Shown here: positions 47,401 through 61,408 of the stretch, one piece after another
Position numbering within the stretch: the stretch's first letter is position 1
Layout: each line of letters begins with the position of its first letter
From: Octopus sinensis
Lineage: Eukaryota
Length of the DNA: 64,000 nt
Direction: 5' to 3'
Assembly (NCBI RefSeq): GCF_006345805.1
Contig: NC_042997.1
Coordinates: 117,924,001-117,988,000 of the forward strand
Notes under the pieces: generated by a model
Databases searched by the model: none
What the model saw: the letters and a program-made list of their open reading frames with translations, nothing else
What the model was told of the DNA's origin: nothing
Position numbers and translations under genes: made by a program

Positions 47401-50278
47401 GATTTCCGGCGCACATAACAACAAAGTTGGGTTAGAAAAAAAAGTTCGATTTCCCGGCGCACATTAACAAAAACGTTTGGGTTAGAAAAAAAAGTTCGAT
47501 TTCCCGCGCGACCACATTACAACAAAGTTGGGTGTAGAAAAAAAAGTTCGATTTCCCGGCGCACATTACAACAAAGTTGGGTTAGAAAAAAAAACAGTTC
47601 GATTTCCCGGCGCACATTACAACAAAGTTGGGTTATTAGAAAAAAAAGTTCGATTTCCCGGCCGCACATTACAACAAAGTTGGGTTAGAAAAAAAAGATC
47701 GATTCCGGCGCCACATTACAACAAAGTTGGGTTCGATTTCCCGGCGCACATTACAACAAAGTTGGGTTAGAAAAAAAAGTTCGATTTCCCGGCGCACATT
47801 ACAACAAAGTTGGGTTAGAAAAAAAGTTCGATTTCCCGGCGCACATTACAACAAAGTTGGGTTAGAAAAAAAAGTTCGATTTCCCGGCGCACATTACAAC
47901 AAAGTTGGGTCGATTTCCCGGCGCACATTACAACAAAGTTGGGTTAGAAAAAAAAGTTCGATTTCCCGGCGCACATTACAACAAAGTTGGGTTAGAAAAA
48001 AAAGTTCGATTTCCCGGCGCACATAACAACAAAGTTGGGTTAGAAAAAAACAGTTCGATTTCCCGCGCAACATTACAACAAAGTTGGGTTAGAAAAAAAA
48101 GTTCGATTTCCCCGGCGCCACATTACAACAAAGTTGGGTTAGAAAAAAAAGTTCGATTTCCCGGCGCACATTACAACAAAGTTGGGTTAGAAAAAAAAGT
48201 TCGATTTCCCCGGCGCGCACATTACAACAAGTTGGGTTAGAAAAAAAAGTTCGATTTCCCGGCGCACATTACAACAAAGTTGGGGTTAGAGAAAAAAAAG
48301 TTCGATTTCCCGGCGCACATTACAACAAAGTTGGGTTAGAAAAAAAAGTTCGATTTCCCGGCGCACATTACAACAAAGTTTGGGTTATAGAAAAAAAAGT
48401 TCGATTTCCCCGGCGCACATTACAACAAAGTGTGGGTTTAGAAAAAAAAGTTCGATTTACGGCGCACATTACAACAAAGTTGGGTTAGAAAAAAAAGTTC
48501 GATTTCCCGGCGCACATTACAACAAAGTTGGGTTAGAAAAAAAAGTTCGATTTCCCGGCGCACATAACAACAAAGTTGGTTAGAAAAAAAAGATCGATTT
48601 CCCGGCGCACATTACAACAAAGTTGGGTTAGAAAAAAAGTTCGATTTCCCGGCGCACATTACAACAAAGTTGGGTTAGAAAAAAAAGATCGATTTCCCGG
48701 CGCACATTACAACAAAGTAGGTGGGTTAGAAAAAAAGACGATTTCCCGGCGCACATTACAACAAAGTTGGGTTAGAAAAAAAAGATCGATTTCCCGGCGC
48801 ACATTACAACACAGTTGGGGTTAGAAAAAAAAGTTCGATTTCCCGGCGCACATTACAACAAGTTGGGTTAGAAAAAAAAGTTCGATTTCCCGCGCACATT
48901 ACAACAAAGTTGGGTAGAAAAAAAAGATCGATTTCCCGGCGCACATTACACACAAAGTTGGGTTAGAAAAAAAGTTCGATTTCCGGCGCACATTACAACA
49001 AAGTTGGGTTAGAAAAAAAAGTTCGATTTCCCGGCGCACATTACAACAAAGTTGGGTTTAGAAAAAAAAGTTCGATTTCCCGGCGCACATTACAACAAAG
49101 TGGGGTTAGAAAAAAAAGTTCGATTTCCCGGCGCACATTACAACAAAGTTGGGTTAGAAAAAAAAGTTCGATTTCCCGGCGCACATTACAACAAAGTTGG
49201 GTTAGAAAAAAAATTCGATTTCCCGGCGCACATTAAACAAAGTTGGGTTAGAAAAAAAAGTTCGATTTCCCGGGCCACACATTACAACAAAGTTGGGTTA
49301 GAAAAAAAAGTTCGATTTCCCGGCGCACATTAACAACAAAGTTGGGTTAGAAAAAAACAGTTCGATTTCCCGGCGCACTTACAACAAAGTTGGTTAGAAA
49401 AAAAAGTTCGATTTCCCGGCGCACATTACAACAAAGTTGGGTTAGAAAAAAGAAGTCGATTTCCCGCGCACATTACAACAAAGTTGGGTTAGAAAAAAAA
49501 GATCGATTTCCCGGCGCACATTACAACAAGTTGGGTTAGAAAAAAAAGTTCGATTTCCCGGCGCACATTACAACAAGTTGGGTTAGAAAAAAAAAAGTTC
49601 GATTTCCCGGCGCACATTACAACAAAGTTGGGTTGTTAAAAAGAAGTTCGATTTCCCGGCGCACATTACACAACAAAGTTGGGTTAGAAAAAAAAGTTCG
49701 ATTTCCCGGCGCACATTACAACAAGTTGGGTTAGAAAAAAAAAGTTCGATTTCCCGGCGCACATTACAACAAAGTTAGGGTTAGAAAAAAAAGTTCGATT
49801 TCCCGGCGAACATTACAACAAGTTGGGTTAGAAAAAAAAGTTCGATTTCCCGGCGCACATTACAAAAAGTTGGGTTAGAAAAAAAGTTCGATTTCCCGGC
49901 GCACATTACAACAAAGTTGGGTTAGAAAAAAAAGTTCGATTTCCCGGCGCACATTACAACAAAGTTGGGTTAGAAAAAAAGTTCGATTTCCCCGGCGCAC
50001 ATTACAACAATGTTTGGTTAGAAAAAAAAGTTCGATTTCCAGGCGCACATTACAACAAAGTTGGGTTAATTAGAAAACAAAGTTCGATTTCCCGGCGCAC
50101 ATTACAACAAAGTTGGGTTAGAAAAAAATAGATCGATTTCCCGGCGCACATTACAACAAAGTTGGGTTAGAAAAAAAAGTTCGATTTCCCGGCGCACATT
50201 ACAACAAAGTTGGGTTAGAAAAAAAGATCGATTTCCCCGGCGCACATTACAACAAAGTGGGTTAGAAAAAAAGTGATC
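41407..50278 (+). repeat. 48-bp satellite, about 185 copies
   Basis: Monomer ACATTACAACAAAGTTGGGTTAGAAAAAAAAGTTCGATTTCCCGGCGC; the variation is mostly homopolymer indels. Confidence 0.97.
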
Positions 50279-50378
50279 NNNNNNNNNNNNNNNNNNNNNN
50301 NNNNNNNNNNNNNNNNNNNNNNNNNNNNNNNNNNNNNNNNNNNNNNNNNNNNNNNNNNNNNNNNNNNNNNNNNNNNNN
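50279..50378. other. Assembly gap (100 N)
   Basis: Run of 100 N, most likely a placeholder of unknown true length. Confidence 0.99.
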
Positions 50379-53300
50379 TCGGCGCACATTACAACAAGGT
50401 TAGAAAAAAGTCGATTTTTCGGCGCACGTTACAAGGTTAGAAAAAAGTTGATTTTTCGGCGCACATTACAACAAGTTAGAAAAAAGTCGATTTTTCGGCG
50501 CCACATTACCAGGTTAGAAAAAAGTCCATTTTTCAGCGCACATTAATACAAGGTTAGAAAAGGGTCGATTTTTAGGCGCACATTACAAGTTTAGAAAAAA
50601 GTTGATTTTTCGGCGCACATTACAACAAGGTTAGAACAAGTTGATTTTTCGGCGCACATTACAAGATTAGAAAAAAGTTGATTTTTCGGCGCACATTACA
50701 ACAAGGTTAGAAAAAGTTGATTTTTTCGGCGCACATTACAAAATTTAGAAAAAAGTTGATTTTTCGGCGCACATTACAACAAGGTTAGAAAAAAGTTGAT
50801 TTTTCGGCGCACATTACAACAAGGTTAGAAAAAGTCGATTTTTCGGCGCACATTACAACAAGGTTAGAAAAAAGTCGATTTTTCGGCGCACATTACAACA
50901 AGGTTAGAAAAAAGTCGATTTTTCGGCGCACATTACAACAAGGTTAGAAAAAAGTCGATATTTCGGCGCACATTACAACAAGGTTAGAAAAAAGTCGATT
51001 TTTCGGCGCACATTACAAGGTTAGAAAAAAGTCGATTTTTCGGCGCACATTACAACAAGGTTAGAAAAAAGTTGATTTTTCGGCGCACATTACAAGATTA
51101 GAAAAAAGTTGATTTTTCGGCGCACATTACAACGAGGTTAGAAAAAAGTTGATTTTTCGGCGCACATTACAACAAGGTTAGAAAAAAGTTGATTTTTCGG
51201 CGCACATTACAACAAGGTTAGAACAAAGTTGATTTTTCGGCGCACATTACAACAAGGTTAGAAAAATTGATTTTTCGGCGCACATTACAACAAGGTTAGA
51301 AAAAAGTCGATTTTTCGGCGCACATTACAACAAGGTTAGAAAAAAGTCGATTTTGGGGCGCCACATTACAACAAGGTTAGAAAAAAGTCGATTTTTCGGC
51401 GCACATTACAAGGTTAGAAAAAAGTCGATTTTTCGGCGCACATTACAACAAGGTTAGAAAAACTCGATTTTTCGGCGCACATTACAACAAGGTTAGAAAA
51501 AAGTCGATTTTTCGGCGCACATTACAACAAGGTTAGAAAAAAGTCGATTTTTCGGCGCACACATTATAACAAGGTTAGAAAAAAGTCGATTTTTCGTCGC
51601 GGCGCACATTACAACAAGGTTAGAAAAAAGTCGATATTTCGGCGCACATTACAACAAGGTTAGAAAAAAGTCGATTTTTCGGCGCACATTACCCAGGTAG
51701 AAAAAGTCCATTTTTCGGCGCACATTACACAAGGTTAGAAAAAGTTGATTTTTCGGCGCACATTACAACAAGGTTAGAAAAAAGTCGATTTTTCGGCGCA
51801 CGTTACAAGGTTAGAAAAAAGTTGATTTTTCGGCGCACATTACAACAAGGTTAGAAAAAAGTCGATTTTTCGGCGCACATTACCAGGTTAGAAAAAAGTC
51901 CATTTTTCGGCGCACATTATAACAAGGTTAGAAAAGGGTCGATTTTTAGGCGCAACATTACAAGTTTAGAAAAAAGTTGATTTTTCGGCGCACATTACAA
52001 CAAGGTTAGAAAAAAGTTGATTTTTCGGCGCACATTACAACAAGGTTAGAAAAAAGTTGATTTTTCGGCGCACATTACAACAAGGTTAGAAAAAAGTTGA
52101 TTTTTCGGCGCACATTACAAAAACTTTAGAAAAAAGTTGATTTTTCGGCGCACATTACAACAAGGTTAGAAAAAAGTTGATTTTTCGGCGCACATTACAA
52201 CAAGGTTAGAAAAAAGTTGATTTTTCGGCGCACATTACAACAAGGTTAGAAAAAAGTTGATTTTTCGGCGCACATTACAACAAGGTTAGAAAAAAGTTGA
52301 TTTTTCGGCGCACATTACAAAAACTTTAGAAAAAAGTTGATTTTTCGGCGCACATTACAACAAGGTTAGAAAAAAGTTGATTTTTCGGCGCACATTACAA
52401 CAAGGTTAGAAAAAAGTTGATTTTTCGGCGCACATTACAACAAGGTTAGAAAAAAGTCGATTTTTCGGCGCACATTACAAGATTAGAAAAAAGTCGATTT
52501 TTCGGCGCACATTACAACAAGGTTAGAAAAAAGTCGATATTTCGGCGCACATTACAACAAGGTTAGAAAAAAGTTGATTTTTCGACGCACATTACAACGA
52601 GGTTAGAAAAAAGTTGATTTTTCGGCGCACATTACAACAAGGTTAGAAAAAAGTCGATTTCTCGGCGCACATTACAACAAGGTTAGAAAAAAGTTGATTT
52701 TTCGGCGCACATTATAAGATCAGAAAAAAGTTGATTTTTCGAGTCACATTACAACAAGGTTAGAAAAAAGTTGATTTTTCGGCGCACATTACAAAAAGGT
52801 TAGAAAAAAGTTGATTTTTCGGCGCACATTACAAGGTTAGAAAAAAGTTGATTTTTCGGCGCACATTACAACAAGGTTAGAAAAAAGTTGATTTTTCGGC
52901 GCACATTACAACAAGGTTAGAAAAAAGTTGATTTTTCGGCGCACATTACAACAAGGTTAGAAAAAAGTTGATTTTTCGGCGCACATTACAAGATTAGAAA
53001 AAAGTTGATTTTTCGGCGCACATTACAACGACGTTAGAAAAAAGTTGATTTTTCGGCGCACATTACAACAAGGTTAGAAAAAAGTTGATTTTTCGACGCA
53101 CATTACAACGAGGTTAGAAAAAAGTTGATTTTTCGGCGCACATTACAACAAGGTTAGAAAAAAGTTGATTTTTCGGCGCACATTACAACAAGGTTAGAAC
53201 AAAGTTGATTTTTCGGCGCACATTACAACAAGGTTAGAAAAATTGATTTTTCGGCGCACATTACAACAAGGTTAGAAAAAAGTTGATTTTTCGGCGCACA

Positions 53301-56300
53301 TTACAACAAGGTTAGAAAAAAGTCGATTTTTCGGCGCACATTACAACATGGTTAGAAAAAGTCGATTTTTCGGCGCACATTACAACAAGGTTAGAAAAAA
53401 GTCGATTTTTCGGCGCACATTACAACAAGGTTAGAAAAAAGTCGATTTTTCGGCGCACATTACAAGGTTAGAAAAAAGTCGATTTTTCGGCGCACATTAC
53501 AACAAGGTTAGAAAAAAGTCGATTTTTCGGCGCACATTACAACAAGGTTAGAAAAAAGTCGATTTTTCGGCGCACATTACAAAAAGGTTAGAAAAAAGTC
53601 GATTTTTCTGCGCACATTACAACAAGGTTAGAAAAAAGTCGATTTTTCGGCGCACATTACAACAAGGTTAGAAAAAAGTTGATTTTTCGGCGCACATTAC
53701 AACAAGTTTAGAAAAAAGTTGATTTTTCGGCGCACATTACAACAAGGTTAGAAAAAAGTCGATTTTTCGGCGCACATTACAACAAGGTTAGAAAAAAGTT
53801 GATTTTTCGGCGCACATTACAACAAGGTTAGAAAAAAGTTGATTTTTCGGCGCACATTACAAAAAGGTTAGAAAAAAGTTGATTTTTCGGCGCACATTAC
53901 AACAAGGTTAGAAAAAAGTTGATTTTTCGGCGCACATTACAACAAGGTTAGAAAAAAGTTGATTTTTCGGCGCACATTACAACGAGGTTAGAAAAAAGTT
54001 GATTTTTCGGCGCACATTACAACAAGGTTAGAAAAAAGTCGATTTTTCGGCGCACATTACAACAAGTTTCGAAAAAAGCCGATTTTTGGGCGCACATTAC
54101 AACAAGGTTAGAAAAAAGTTGATTTTTCGGCGCACATTACAACAAGGTTAGAAAAAAGTTGATTTTTCGGCGCACATTACAACAAGGTTAGAAAAAAGTC
54201 GATTTTTCGGCGCACATTACAAGATCAGAAAAAAGTTGATTTTTCGAGTCACATTACAACAAGGTTAGAAAAAAGTTGATTTTTCGGCGCACATTACAAA
54301 AAGGTTAGAAAAAAGTTGATTTTTCGGCGCACATTACAACAAGGTTAGAAAAAAGTTGATTTTTCGGCGCACATTACAACAAGGTTAGAAAAAAGTTGAT
54401 TTTTCGGCGCACATTACAAGATTAGAAAAAAGTTGATTTTTCGGCGCACATTACAACGAGGTTAGAAAAAAGTTGATTTTTCGGCGCACATTACAACAAG
54501 GTTAGAAAAAAGTTGATTTTTCGGCGCACATTACAACAAGGTTAGAACAAAGTTGATTTTTCGGCGCACATTACAACAAGGTTAGAAAAATTGATTTTTC
54601 GGCGCACATTACAACAAGGTTAGAAAAAAGTCGATTTTTCGGCGCACATTACAACAAGGTTAGAAAAAAGTCGATTTTTGGGCGCACATTACAACAAGGT
54701 TAGAAAAAAGTCGATTTTTCGGCGCACATTACAAGGTTAGAAAAGAGTCGATTTTTCGGCGCACATTACAACAAGGTTAGAAAAACTCGATTTTTCGGCG
54801 CACATTACAACAAGGTTAGAAAAAAGTCGATTTTTCGGCGCACATTACAACAAGGTTAGAAAAAAGTCGATTTTTCGGCGCACATTATAACAAGGTTAGA
54901 AAAAAGTCGATTTTTCGGCGCACATTACAACAAGGTTAGAAAAAAGTCGATATTTCGGCGCACATTACAACAAGGTTAGAAAAAAGTCGATTTTTCGGCG
55001 CACATTACCAGGTTAGAAAAAAGTCCATTTTTCGGCGCACATTACAACAAGGTTAGAAAAAAGTTGATTTTTCGGCGCACATTACAACAAGGTTAGAAAA
55101 AAGTCGATTTTTCGGCGCACGTTACAAGGTTAGAAAAAAGTTGATTTTTCGGCGCACATTACAACAAGGTTAGAAAAAAGTCGATTTTTCGGCGCACATT
55201 ACCAGGTTAGAAAAAAGTCCATTTTTCGGCGCACATTATAACAAGGTTAGAAAAGGGTCGATTTTTAGGCGCACATTACAAGTTTAGAAAAAAGTTGATT
55301 TTTCGGCGCACATTACAACAAGGTTAGAAAAAAGTTGATTTTTCGGCGCACATTACAAGATTAGAAAAAAGTTGATTTTTCGGCGCACATTACAACAAGG
55401 TTAGAAAAAAGTTGATTTTTCGGCGCACATTACAAAAAGTTTAGAAAAAAGTTGATTTTTCGGCGCACATTACAACAAGGTTAGAAAAAAGTTGATTTTT
55501 CGGCGCACATTACAACAAGGTTAGAAAAAAGTTGATTTTTCGGCGCACATTACAACAAGGTTAGAAAAAAGTCGATTTTTCGGCGCACATTACAACAAGG
55601 TTAGAAAAAAGTCGATTTTTCGGCGCACATTACAACAAGGTTAGAAAAAAGTCGATATTTCGGCGCACATTACAACAAGGTTAGAAAAAAGTCGATTTTT
55701 CGGCGCACATTACAAGGTTAGAAAAAAGTCGATTTTTCGGCGCACATTACAACAAGGTTAGAAAAAAGTCGATTTCTCGGCGCACATTACAACAAGGTTA
55801 GAAAAAAGTTGATTTTTCGGCGCACATTATAAGATCAGAAAAAAGTTGATTTTTCGAGTCACATTACAACAAGGTTAGAAAAAAGTTGATTTTTCGGCGC
55901 ACATTACAAAAAGGTTAGAAAAAAGTTGATTTTTCGGCGCACATTACAACAAGGTTAGAAAAAAGTTGATTTTTCGGCGCACATTACCAAAGGTGAGAAA
56001 AAAGTTGATTTTTCGGCGCACATTACAACAAGTTAGAAAAAAGTTGATTTTTCGGCGCACATTACAACAAGGTTAGAAAAAAGTTGATTTTTCGGCGCAC
56101 ATTACAACGACGTTAGAAAAATTTGATTTTTTTCGGCGCAACATTAACAAGGTTAGAAAAAAGTTGATTTTTCGACGCACCATTACAACGAGTTAGAAAA
56201 AGTTGATTTTTCGGCGCACATTACAACAAGGTTAGAAAAAAGTTGATTTTCGGCGCACATTACAACAAGGTTAGAACAAAGTTGATTTTTCGGCGCACAT

Positions 56301-59300
56301 TACAACAAGTTAGAAAAATTGATTTTTCGGCGCAACTTACAACAAGGTTAGAAAAAAGTTGATTTTTCGGCGCACATTACAACAAGTTGTTAGAAAAAAG
56401 TCGATTTTTTTTCGGCGCACATTACAACATGTTACAAAAAAAGGTCGATTTTTCGGCGCACATTACAACAAGGTTAGAAAAAAGTTGATTTTTCGGCGCA
56501 CTTACAACAAGGTTAGAAAAAAGTTGATTTTTCGGCGCACATTACAACAAGGTTAGAAAAAGTTGATTTTTCGGCGCACATTACAACAAGGTTAGAAAAA
56601 GTTGTGATTTTTCGGCGCACATTACAACAAGGTTGAAAAAAGTTGATTTGTCGGCGCACATTACAACAAGGTTAGAAAAAAGTTGATTTTTCGGCGCACA
56701 TTACAACAGGTTAGAAAAAAGTGGATTTTACGGCGCACATTACAACAAGGTTAGAAAAAAGTTGATTTTTCGGCGCACATTACACCAAGTTAGAAAAAAG
56801 TTGATTTTTCGGCGCACATTACAACAAGTTTAGAAAAAAGTTGATTTTTCGGCGCACATTACAACAAGGTTAGAAAAAAGTTGATTTTTCTCGCGGCGCA
56901 CATTACAACAAGGTTAGAAAAAAGTTGATTTTTCGGCGCACATTACAACAAGGTTAGAAAAAAGTTGATTTTTCGGCGCACATTACAACAAGGTTAGAAA
57001 AAAGTTGATTTTTCGGCGCACATTACAACAAGGTTAGAAAAAAGTTGATTTTTCGGCGCACATTACAACAAAGTTAGAAAAAAGATGATTTTTCGGCGCA
57101 CATTACAACAAAGTTAGAAAAAAGATGATTTTTCGGCGCACATTACAACAAGGTTAGAAAAAATTTGATTTTTCGGCGCACATTACAACAAGGTTAGAAA
57201 AAAGTTGATTTTTCGGCGCACATTACAACAAGGTTAGAAAAAGTTGATTTTTCGGCGCACATTACAACAAGGTTAGAAAAATTGATTTTTCGGCGCACAT
57301 TACAACAAGGTTAGAAAAAAGTTGATTTTTCGGCGCACATTACAACAAGGTTAGAAAAAAGTTGATTTTTCGGCGCACATTACAACAAGGTTAGAAAAAA
57401 GTTGATTTTTCGGCCCACATTACAACAAGGTTAGAAAAAAGTTGATTTTTCGGCGCACATTACAACAAGGTTAGAAAAAGTTGATTTTTCGGCGCACATT
57501 ACAACAAGGTTAGAAAAAAGTTGATTTTTCGGCGCACATTACAACAAGGTTAGAAAAAAGTTGATTTTTCGGCGCACATTACAACAAGGTTAGAAAAAAG
57601 TTGATTTTTCGGCGAACATTACAACAAGGTTAGAAAAAAGTTGATTCTTCGGCGCACATTACAACAAGGTTAGAAAAAAGTTGATTTTTCGGCGCACATT
57701 ACAACAAGGTTAGAAAAAAGTTGATTTTTCGTCGAACATTACAACAAGGTTAGAAAAAAGTTGATTTTTCGGCGCACATTACAACAAGGATAGAAAAAAG
57801 TCGATTTTTCGGCGCACATTACAACAAGGATAGAAAAAAGTCGATTTTTCGGCGCACATTACAACAAGGATAGAAAAAAGTCGATTTTTCGGCGCACATT
57901 ACAACTAGGTTAGAAAAAAGTTGATTTTTCGGCGCACATTACAACAAGGTTAGAAAAAAGTTGATTTTTCGGCGCACATTACAACAAGGTTAGAAAAAAG
58001 TTGATTTTTCGGCGCATATTACAACAAGGTTAGAACAAAGTTGATTTTTTGGCGCACATTACAACAAGGTTAGAAAAAAGTTGATTTTTCGGCGCACATT
58101 ACAACAAGGTTAGAAAAAAGTTGATTTTTCGGCGCACATTACAAGGTTAGAAAAAAGTCGATTTTTCGGCGCACATTACAACAAGGTTAGAAAAAAGTCG
58201 ATTTCTCGGCGCACATTACAACAAGGTTAGAAAAAAGTCGATTTTTCGGCGCACATTATAAGATCAGAAAAAAGTTGATTTTTCGAGTCACATTACAACA
58301 AGGTTAGAAAAAAGTTGATTTTTCGGCGCACATTACAAAAAGGTTAGAAAAAAGTTGATTTTTCGGCGCACATTACAACAAGGTTAGAAAAAAGTTGATT
58401 TTTCGGCGCACATTACAACAAGGTTAGAAAAAAGTTGATTTTTCGGCGCACATTACAACAAGGTTAGAAAAAAGTTGATTTTTCGGCGCACATTACAACA
58501 AGGTTAGAAAAAAGTTGATTTTTCGGCGCACATTACAACAACAAGGTTAGAAAAATTTGATTTTTCGATTTTTTCGGCGCACATTACAAGGTTAGAAAAA
58601 AGTTGATTTTTCGACGCACATTACAACGAGGTTAGAAAAAAGTTGATTTTTCGGCGCACATTACAACAAGGTTAGAAAAAAGTTGATTTTTCGGCGCACA
58701 TTACAACAAGGTTAGAACAAAGTTGATTTTTCGGCGCACATTACAACAAGGTTAGAAAAATTGATTTTTCGGCGCACATTACAACAAGGTTAGAAAAAAG
58801 TTGATTTTTCGGCGCACATTACAACAAGGTTAGAAAAAAGTCGATTTTTCGGCGCACATTACAACATGGTTACAAAAAGTCGATTTTTCGGCGCACATTA
58901 CAACAAGGTTAGAAAAAAGTTGATTTTTCGGCGCACATTACAACAAGGTTAGAAAAAAGTTGATTTTTCGGCGCACATTACAACAAGGTTAGAAAAAAGT
59001 TGATTTTTCGGCGCACATTACAACAAGGTTAGAAAAAAGTTGATTTTTCGGCGCACATTACAACAAGGTTAGAAAAAAGTTGATTTGTCGGCGCACATTA
59101 CAACAAGGTTAGAAAAAAGTTGATTTTTCGGCGCACATTACAACAAGGTTAGAAAAAAGTTGATTTTTCGGCGCACATTACAACAAGGTTAGAAAAAAGT
59201 TGATTTTCGGCGCACATTACAACAAGGTTAGAAAAAAGTTGATTTTTCGGCGCACATTACAACAAAGTTAGAAAAAAGTTGATTTTTCGGCGCACATTAC

Positions 59301-61368
59301 AACAAGTTTAGAAAAAAGTTGATTTTTCGGCGCACATTACAACAAGGTTAGAAAAAAGTTGATTTTTCGGCGCACATTACAACAAGGTTAGAAAAAAGTT
59401 GATTTGTCGGCGCACATTACAACAAGGTTAGAAAAAAGTTGATTTTTCGGCGCACATTACAACAAGGTTAGAAAAAAGTTGATTTTTTGGCGCACATTAC
59501 AACAAGGTTAGAAAAAAGTTGATTTTTCGGCGCACATTACAACAAAGTTAGAAAAAAGATGATTTTTCGGCGCACATTACAACAAAGTTAGAAAAAAGAT
59601 GATTTTTCGGCGCACATTACAACAAGGTTAGAAAAAATTTGATTTTTCGGCGCACATTACAACAAGGTTAGAAAAAAGTTGATTTTTCGGCGCACATTAC
59701 AACAAGGTTAGAAAAAAGTTGATTTTTCGGCGCACATTACAACAAGGTTAGAAAAAAGTTGATTTTTCGGCGCACATTACAACAAGGTTAGAAAAAAGTT
59801 GATTTTTCGGCGCACATTACAACAAGGTTAGAAAAAAGTTGATTTTTCGGCGCACATTACAACAAGGTTAGAAAAAAGTTGATTTTTCGGCGCACATTAC
59901 AACAAGGTTAGAAAAAAGTTGATTTTCGGCGCACATTACAACAAGGTTAGAAAAAAGTTGATTTTTCGGCGCACATTACAACAAGGTTAGAAAAAAGTTG
60001 ATTTTTCGGCGCACATTACAACAAGGTTAGAAAAAAGTTGATTTTTCGGCGAACATTACAACAAGGTTAGAAAAAAGTTGATTCTTCGGCGCACATTACA
60101 ACAAGGTTAGAAAAAAGTTGATTTTTCGGCGCACATTACAACAAGGTTAGAAAAAAGTTGATTTTTCGTCGAACATTACAACAAGGTTAGAAAAAAGTTG
60201 ATTTTTCGGCGCACATTACAACAAGGATAGAAAAAAGTCGATTTTTTGGCGCACATTACAACTAGGTTAGAAAAAAGTTGATTTTTCGGCGCACATTACA
60301 ACAGGATAGAAAAAAGTCGATTTTTTGGCGCACATTACAACTAGGTTAGAAAAAAGTTGATTTTTCGGCGCACATTACAACAAGGTTAGAAAAAAGTTGA
60401 TTTTTCGGCGCACATTACAACAAGGTTAGAAAAAAGTTGATTTTTCGGCGCATATTACAACAAGGTTAGAACAAAGTTGATTTTTTGGCGCACATTACAA
60501 CAAGGTTAGAAAAAAGTTGATTTTTCGGCGCACATTACAACAAGGTTAGAAAAAAGTTGATTTTTCGGCGCACATTACAACAAGGTTAGAAAAAAGTCGA
60601 TTTTTCGGCGCACATTACAACAAGGTTAGAAAAAAGTCGATTTTTCGGCGCACATTACAACAAGGTTAGAAAAAAGTCGATATTTCGGCGCACATTACAA
60701 CAAGGTTAGAAAAAAGTCGATTTTTCGGCGCACATTACAAGGTTAGAAAAAAGTCGATTTTTCGGCGCACATTACAACAAGGTTAGAAAAAAGTCGATTT
60801 CTCGGCGCACATTACAACAAGGTTAGAAAAAAGTCGATTTTTCGGCGCACATTATAAGATCAGAAAAAAGTTGATTTTTCGAGTCACATTACAACAAGGT
60901 TAGAAAAAAGTTGATTTTTCGGCGCACATTACAACAAGGTTAGAAAAAAGTTGATTTTTCGGCGCACATTACAACAAGGTTAGAACAAAGTTGATTTTTC
61001 GGCGCACATTACAACGAGGTTAGAAAAAAGTTGATTTTTCGGCGCACATTACAACAAGGTTAGAAAAATTGATTTTTCGGCGCACATTACAACAAGGTTA
61101 GAAAAAAGTTGATTTTTCGGCGCACATTACAACAAGGTTAGAAAAAAGTCGATTTTTCGGCGCACATTACAACATGGTTACAAAAAGTCGATTTTTCGGC
61201 GCACATTACAACAAGGTTAGAAAAAAGTCGATTTTTCGTCGCACATTACAACAAGGTTAGAAAAAAGTCGATTTTTCGTCGCACATTACAACAAGGTTAG
61301 AAAAAAGTCGATTTTTCGGCGCACATTACAACAAGGTTAGAAAAAAGTTGATTTTTCGGCGCACATTA
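50379..61368 (+). repeat. 40-bp satellite, about 275 copies, related to the 48-mer
   Basis: Monomer GGCGCACATTACAACAAGGTTAGAAAAAAGT(T/C)GATTTTTC, with recurrent substitution variants. Confidence 0.97.
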
Positions 61369-61408
61369 AGCTCTTGCATACTTCTCCCCCTGAGCGAAGC
61401 GAAGCGAA

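Noticed and set aside
41407-50278. CENP-B-box-like TTCG...CGG motif in the 48-mer
   Set aside because: Spacing and bases (TTCG-N6-CGGC) do not fit TTCG-N4-A-N2-CGGG on either strand.
41407-50278. Apparent monomer diversity in the 48-bp array
   Set aside because: It consists mostly of homopolymer and single-base indels that increase toward the gap, typical of unpolished long-read error, so it was not interpreted as biology.
41385-56556. Long repetitive ORFs (RREIELFFLTQLCCNV, KKVRFPGAHYNKVGLE)
   Set aside because: These arise because the 48-bp unit is divisible by three and stop-free in some frames, and they are broken at every indel.
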